64,000 nucleotides of DNA from Botryllus schlosseri (lineage: Eukaryota), in assembly GCA_051294905.1 (NCBI GenBank), contig CM119383.1, forward strand, positions 20,832,001 to 20,896,000. The letters are read 5' to 3'. Below the pieces are notes generated by a model. That model made no database searches and was not told the DNA's origin. It saw nothing but the letters and a program-made list of their open reading frames with translations. This document shows, piece after piece, positions 56,935-64,000 of this stretch. Every line of letters starts with the position of its first letter. Positions within the stretch are counted from its first letter, which is position 1. Position numbers and translations under genes: made by a program.

Positions 56935-58619
56935 GGGCCTTTATTATTTCTTATATATATCAATGATGATAGCAAGGTCTCCTCTCCGAAAACCGTACTA
57001 TTCGCTGATTCGGCAATAAACCACTGGTATTTCGTGCATTGGGTGATGAAAGCCTATTTGTTAAGTCTCTATGCATTTGAACTCATTGAACAATTGTACC
57101 TCTGCGTGAGAGTCCATATTGATGCGTGGCGTAATTGCAATCCGCTATCGAAGATGGACGCTATCTTAAAAGTTTGTCAGGGCAATTGAAGTTGAATGAT
57201 TCATACAATTCTCCCTTTATCGATTCTAACAGAAATTATGTCTGGGAGAAGAGGTCAGGATCCGAATCAGGTTTTTTCGTTAGAAGCCTGATAACTATGC
57301 TGTAATATTCAGTGATTTATTTCACGCTTCGGGCAATCTATCATCACGGTTAAACGACATGAAGTCGATACTAAACTTCAAATTGCTCTTGCCGATATCG
57401 ACACGCTTTCATATTTTTGGCGCTGATGCGATGTGTTTATAAATTCGAGAGGGTTCGTAGCCAATGTTCCCTCTAATTTTTCACGAGTATGCGCAAACAC
57501 GCCAACTCACTGCGCAGGCCCTTAGACAACAGTGCGCAACCAGGCTCCCATAGGGTGATAAACCAAACTCCTGGGGGGCTTCGCCCCCCGACCCCCCTAC
57601 GGCTGTGCGCTTTCTGCCGCTACCTCTCATCTACGTTGGGTGTCCAGTTGGTGGGTGTATAGCAGTGATTCCCAACCGCGGCCCCCAGCTAGTCTTCTTG
57701 CGACCCCCAGAAAATATGAAGAAATCGAGTTATGACACAAAATAAAATATATATTTATAAAACACACTTGCTTGGCTTGGAATCTGAAGTTTTTGATTAG
57801 GATTGCAGGAAAGTCGTGAGTAGGCTGCTATCGTTACGTCACTAGGTAATAACAGGACCATAACTGCCGTACGGGGCATACAATTCGTGAATTAGCATAA
57901 ATTGTATTGTTTCAAAATTCATGCATCTTTTTCAAAATTTTCACTCCCAATATCTTGATTTTTGGGTACTCATCCCATAAAAAAAATGCGTAAGATTTAT
58001 AAAAATGGGCATTGGGAATATTGGCGTTGGCCATTACCGCGCCACGACGCACAAAGACGTATTAAGTTTTAGGACTTGTATCATGCGACTCCAAGAAGTG
58101 TGTCAGAACGACCGGCGGCGAGAAAACCTTCGCCTGACGAACAGGACTGCCCTTATGATGACCAAAAACTTCGTTTGCCTTGGCAATCTGAACCTCACGA
58201 GACAGGGAAAATTATATTCCAGTGAAGAGATACCAATTTGAAATCGTGTGCGTCTTTTAGTTTAGAAGCCTACGTTTGGGCGATTCTATATTTTTTGATA
58301 TAGCAGACAGGAGGTCACGAAATAACATGTTACTGAATCATACTAACGGGCCCTACAGTTTCCAAGACACCTCACTCATCTCTACCGGTTAATCTGATTA
58401 CGTCACTACACTGTAAAAATAATTCTTGTAAAATTGCTTGTAACGAGCTAATAAATGCTTGATACAAGCTCGATGGAGCTTGCAAATGCCAAATGCAAGC
58501 ATATAACAAGCTGTCATAGGTCGGTGCTTGTAATTGTGCTTGTAAATTGTTTATATTTTCTGCAAGAAGAATGAACAAAAATAGCAGTCTGTACTCACTC
58601 AAGATTCGTCACAGACACG

Positions 58620-59400
58620 ATAACACACCCCAGACACCATAACACACCACAGACATGCCCAGACACGATGTCCGAGTGTCAACACAGTTCGCACACGCCC
58701 CCCGACATGCCCCAGACATGTCCCAGACATGATGTGCGATCGAAAACGCAGTTCGAACTTACTCCAGACATGCCTAAGACATGATGTCTTACTATCAACG
58801 CATTTCGAACACACCCCAGACATGTCCCAGACATGATGTTCGAGTGTCAACAACAGTTCGAACACACCCCTGACATGCCCTAGACATGACCCAGAGAAGA
58901 TGCTCAAATGTAAAAACGCAGTCCAAACACATCCCAAACATGATGTTCGATAGACAACGCAGTCCGAACCTGTTTCAGATATGCATCAGTCATGATGTCC
59001 GAGTGTCAACGAAGCTCGAACACCGTCCCCCCCCCCCCATCCGTCGACATGCGCTGACATGTCCCAGACATGATGTTCGAGTGTCCACTGCGCTACAAAT
59101 ACCCCCTGACATGATGGGTGATTAACAACGTGGTCCGAACCTATCTCCAGACAAGCCTCAGACATGATATCCGAGTGTCAATACAGGCCGAACACACCCC
59201 AGACATGCCCTAAATGTGTCCCAGACATGATGCTTGTGAGTCATAACGCAGTCCGAACACATCCCTACCATGATGTTCGAAAGACAACGCAGTCCGAACT
59301 TACTCCAGTCACGCCTCAGACATGATGTCCAAGTGTTAACGCAGTTCGAACACACCCCTGACAAGGCCCTAAGATATGTGAGTTGAAACGTTGTTCAAAA
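58620..59400. repeat. Degenerate tandem repeat (about 13 units of 45-65 bp, core cagacatgatg...gttcgaacacacccc)
   Basis: The core motif recurs throughout the interval. Confidence 0.8.
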
Positions 59401-59923
59401 ACACCCAGACATCATATCCGGCAATAGGAAAATGCACAAGACACAAAATACGATGCGATTCCAATGTTGCTATTTTTCATTATCATCCTTTTGGTCATTA
59501 TATTTCAATATAAACTCCCAATTCACCCTGTTTGCACAAAATAAATCCGCCGGTTTTGGTTGAGCGGTTTATCAAAAAGGTGCGAGATCAATACGAGGAA
59601 GGATTTGGATTTCAAATAATCGCAATTAATAATTTTTATCTGATTCAAGAACAATGGATATCGATTTTAGATTAATTTTACGATCAATATATGTAGAAAT
59701 GATCTTGAAATGTCACATAACTTTACACTTCAACGTGTTATTGGGATCAGATGCCTACCTTTTATTGATTTGGACTTGGATTTTAATCTCGAATTCGTAA
59801 CAGGATTTGGATTTTACAATATTATATCGGTCATCTCGGCGCGAACGCGAATGGCGAAACCAGCCAGTTTTGTGGTGGTGCAGGTTTCTTACATTTTGGT
59901 TTCTTCGTTTATTGCAACTTAGG

Positions 59924-62321
59924 ATGAGTCTGTGGCTGTGTCCTACCGAATGCTGCGATGGGGTGGAGTCGTTTCCCAATAGAATATCCTTATTATCTCA
60001 CATGAGGCGGTTCCACCGAAACGAAAGTAACTTCTTGTGCAAAATTGACTGCTGCAACCGAGAGCTTGGTACGTACTAGCTAGAGTTACGAGGTACATGT
60101 TTATCAAATGCACAAAGAAGTACTAGAGAAGTCAAGAAAAACGACAGACAGCAATAGTCAACTTGAAGTGCCTGCTGCTGAGAATGCAGGAAATGATGAT
60201 GGACAATTGATGAATGAACGTCAGAGCGAGAGCGGTACTGATACGTCTTCGAAAGAAGTAGCAAAAAGAATTAAAAGTTTTGAAGACAGTTTCTTTTTAT
60301 TTACGTTGCGATGCCGGGAAGAATTCACTTTACCAAAGTCAACATTTCGGGATATAATGCTGAACGTTGTGGATGTACTAGATAAATATAAAATTGAGAT
60401 ATTTTCGCAAATTTCTGCAACTAGTACGAACCCCATTCCGCATGGCGCCATTAATAGCTCTCATTTGCTTTTGCCGGACGTAGTCGATATGATGAATGTT
60501 ACCCAGAGTGACTAGCGCTATTCCAAAATGTTAGATCGATACGGCTTGATCAGACCCATTACGCACCATTTTCAGGATGAATGTCAATGTCAGTATATCC
60601 CAATACTACAAACCTTGCAAGCATACATTTCTCACAGAGATGTCATACAAAGCATAGAAAAGAAAATGCTGATGCGTAAGGGTCCTGATGAATTCCTGTA
60701 TGATTATACTGATGGAAATATTTTTCTTAATGCATTTTTTCGTGGCCAAAGGGAATTGTTGAGGATTCATTTATATCTGGACGACCTGGAGTTGTGCAAT
60801 CCTTTGGGGTCTGCTCGTGGGAGTCATAAACTATGTGTTTTCTATTTTCAACTGGGGAATATTGAGAATAGGTTTTTGTCAAATATGCGTAGCATTCACC
60901 CTCTGGTTATAGTAAAATCTTCTGTTGTCAAAAAAATCGGTTACCATGCACTGTTGGAACCATTACTCACTGACTTAAAAACATTAGAAACTTCTGGTAT
61001 CGAAGTAACTTTATGGAATGGTTCCAAGAGACACTTTCGTGGTGGCTTGGTAACCGTAAGTGCGGACAACCTCGCAAGTCATGAGTTAGGCGGCTTTCGC
61101 CAATGCTTCAGCTCTGGTTACATATGTCGGTTTTGCACCTGTCAATATTCGGAGTTTCGTGAAATATCTAATGATCGTATGTTTAGCTTGCGAACATCAA
61201 CGAATCATAAAGCACATGTTCGAGAAGCACTGGCAACAAATGACGAAATATTTGGCGTGAAAAAAGATTGTGTTTTTGAAAGATTGCTCTCATTTGACAC
61301 TGTAAATGCGTTTCCGCCCGATGCAATGCACGACGTCTATGAGGGCGTATTAAAGGTGACATCAGACTGCATCCTCCTCAATTTGATCTACCAAATTGTG
61401 CCAAAGCAGCGCTTTGTAGAACGTGTAATGTCATTTCGATATGGAAGGCATGAGATTCGTAACAAGCCCAACTTTACTGGAAAAATGAACAGGCTGAGCG
61501 CGTCGCAAACTTGGTGCTTTTTCCGTCATCTTCCATTTTTTGTGGGTCCTGACATCCGTGAAGGGAATATGATCTGGGCCTGGTATTTGCTCCTATCAGA
61601 AATCTGTGATATTATATTTGCTGAAGTTACAAAGAGGGAAAATGCTCATGAACTGGTGTATCTTGTTACCGAATTCTTCGAGACTGTCAAAGAGACGGCA
61701 CCGAATATTTTAAAACCTAAATTCCATTTCCTTTTACACTACGGAATAATGATTTTAAGGTACGGCAATCTGAGGAATCTCTGGTGCATGAAATTTGAGA
61801 GCTACCATCAACGATTGAAGAAAATCGCTAAGGCGAATTCAAATTTTAAAAATATTTCCCTGTCAGTCGCATATAGGCTACAATATCGGAAGTGGTATGA
61901 ATTTTGTTCGTCTGATATTCTGCGTGACGATGTCCCAAGTGTTGATTCACGGTTATTGCGCTGGGATTCGATTCCAATAGAGTACAGAGAACTAATTCGA
62001 GTTCAACATGACGCAAGTGTCAACGTATTTCATGACGAGTCACACAAATATCAGGTTCAAGATATTTATGTGGTTGATAAAACTGCTGATGAACTAACAC
62101 CTTGTAGAATTGAATATATATTGTTTGTCAATGCCGAGTGCTTCTTTTGTACTAAATTGATAAAGTCTATTCAGTTTATCAAACACTTTCATAGTTACTC
62201 TGTTAAAGAAGAGGGCTTCCGTGTTTTTCGTCCTACAGACTTGATGTCTCATGAACCGCAGCAGATATATGTAATCAATGACATTAACTTGATAAGGTTA
62301 CGTCGAGGCGTATATAACTGA
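59924..62321 (+). pseudogene. EnSpm/CACTA-like transposase with N-terminal C2H2 fingers; shift at about 60080 and in-frame TAG at 60513
   Basis: LYLDDLELCNPLGS...HKL, DNLASH, CRFC, PPDAMHDVYEG, KPKFHFLLHY and WCMKFESYHQ motifs; 597-aa uninterrupted C-terminal ORF. Confidence 0.82.
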
Positions 62322-62829
62322 TCAATATTTGTGATTTGATGTATTTCAGGTTATTGAAATAGTCTTTCTTGCTATGGCTAACGGTCAAGAACAATTGAAG
62401 TTGAAGGTGACCAATGGTGACCGCTCAAAAGTGTTTAGAGTAAACTCTGTATTAGAAGTGAAAACTGCTGTATTACATAAATTTACCGAAAAGGTTGGCC
62501 ACGCCTGACCTACTGTTTGACGGCGTATAGCAGTGTTCCCAAATACATTCTTACACAATGTGTAAGTGACATTCACTATTACAAATTCAAATTACAAACC
62601 ACGCCATAGTATAATCAAGAATATGAACACAGACAGCTAAGTATAGCTTTCTAGTTCCGGCGTTAAAATGTAGTCGTGTTGCGCAACTTTATCTTACAGC
62701 CGAATACTTTGAGAATGGAGAAGTCAATCAATATTTAGATTTTTCGGGATCAGTGTGACAGTAACATTCGATTATTATCAATTATTTTAAAATTTATCTC
62801 CCCCTCCCAGTCGCCTTGTTTGTAGCTAG

Positions 62830-64000
62830 CGCTTCCTTTGGGAACCAGAATTTTGTCTCATAAGTGATATTTCAATTGCAGGAGATATGTGCAGTGGTCT
62901 GCGAAATTCAGAACAAGGCGTTGATGCTTCATCATTCATGAATGATCTGGAGCCCTCTACATCTATAACTGATACGCCATTGATGAATGCTGAAGAATGT
63001 ACTATAAAGCCTAAAAGATTATCTGACCACAAGTATGAGGTGTGCCTTCCTGCTTATCTGCACAACGAGGTGGAAAAACTTGAGTCAAAAAGCGACTTGA
63101 GGCCAAGATTAAGAAAAGCAATTGTGGACCATCTGTTCCACGATCTAACGAAACACTTTGGGTATGTATTGGCTGTTAAAGTGATCTATATTCTAGTGCA
63201 GCGTTTTTCAACGTGTGGGGTGGGTCACAAAGGGTATAATTTTGGGCCCTGCACACAATCCGGTCGGTTCTATTACTTCCTTATTCACAGACTAACGCTT
63301 TGTGACAACCATAGTCCTTTGTACTCACGATATACTGAATGAAAATACTGGAGATGACCCGATACCAATTTTGGTGCATTCAGCTTCTTGACTATGTAAC
63401 GTTCGTCCACTTTTCATTCAGACTTAACGTGCCACCGTATACAAGAATACTGGCATGTACAGCTCTAGTGCAAGAATATAAACTTCTGAGATCAAGCTTG
63501 GCAGAAGAAGATCATTATCTTCCTGCATGGGTGAATTTTGAAGCTTGAAGTATGGTAGTGCTACACTCTCTAAAATCCGTAACATTTTAGCACGCTTGGA
63601 AATCGAAACTCGATACCAAATTTTTTAACGAACGTCGGAAAGTAAAAAATCCAGACGATCCGGTTCTCATCGCAAATAGAAAAAGTATGGAAGACTTGGT
63701 CCACGGAGACGGCTTCATACTGAAGAATCCGACGCAAGCAGCCCTCGATGCAAGAAACCCCGAAGTTCTGGTCTTCCTGCTAACGAAGTAGGAAATTACT
63801 ATTTTCGTGGCTTGTCGGTCGGGAACCGCTGTTCATATATTAATTAAAAATTTCAGGTCGGAGAATCTTCGAACAATGAAGAAAGCTTGGCCGAACATAA
63901 GTCAATCATATTATCGGAATCAAGTTCATCTAACCCAGCCAAGGCAAAGCTTATGAAAGCAATGAAAGCCACTTTCAAAAGGCGTCGGTTAGATATAGAA
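62830..64000 (+). CDS. Spliced accessory ORF of the EnSpm-like element (partial)
   Basis: Exon-like pieces RKAIVDHLFHDL, ALVQEYKLL...YLPAW and AWKSKLDTKFFNERR separated by GT-AG segments. They resemble accessory ORFs of animal EnSpm elements. Confidence 0.5.

Larger units (their letters stand above)
58409..64000 (+). mobile_element. EnSpm/CACTA (CMC)-type DNA transposon running off the window end
   Basis: Candidate 5' end cactgtaaaaa with gcttgtaa subrepeats; transposase and second ORF follow. The left end is tentative. Confidence 0.6.

Overview
Eukaryotic, metazoan-like DNA made almost entirely of mobile elements; no ordinary host gene is evident. Evidence: 56-63 nt spliceosomal introns, a tRNA-derived SINE, a eukaryotic 28S fragment and TTAGGG-like repeats. 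An invertebrate host, possibly a tunicate, is inference only. The dominant structure is a Helitron-type rolling-circle element of about 16 kb (about 24075-40391). It has an intron-containing HUH-Rep/PIF1 helicase gene (33892-37627, frameshifted) inside a co-oriented cluster of five gene families I cannot recognise, here called A-E, in the order A-B-C-D-C-RepHel-C-E. Partial or deleted copies of the same cassette lie at about 1.2-7.9 kb and 17.8-24 kb. A much more divergent relative with C-Rep-C order lies at 44.1-51.2 kb. Nearly every cassette gene has a splice-acceptor-like site just upstream of its ATG, suggesting operon-like or leader-spliced expression. The remainder is nested transposons: a Ty3/gypsy pol remnant, a hATm-like transposase, an L1/Tx1-like LINE, several hAT elements and MITEs with exact 8-bp TSDs, a Kolobok-like element, a CR1/L2 RT remnant and an EnSpm/CACTA element. 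There is also a 70-bp minisatellite with higher-order structure, a head-to-head telomere-like array inside a MITE, and a 28S rDNA fragment that stops at the R2 insertion site.
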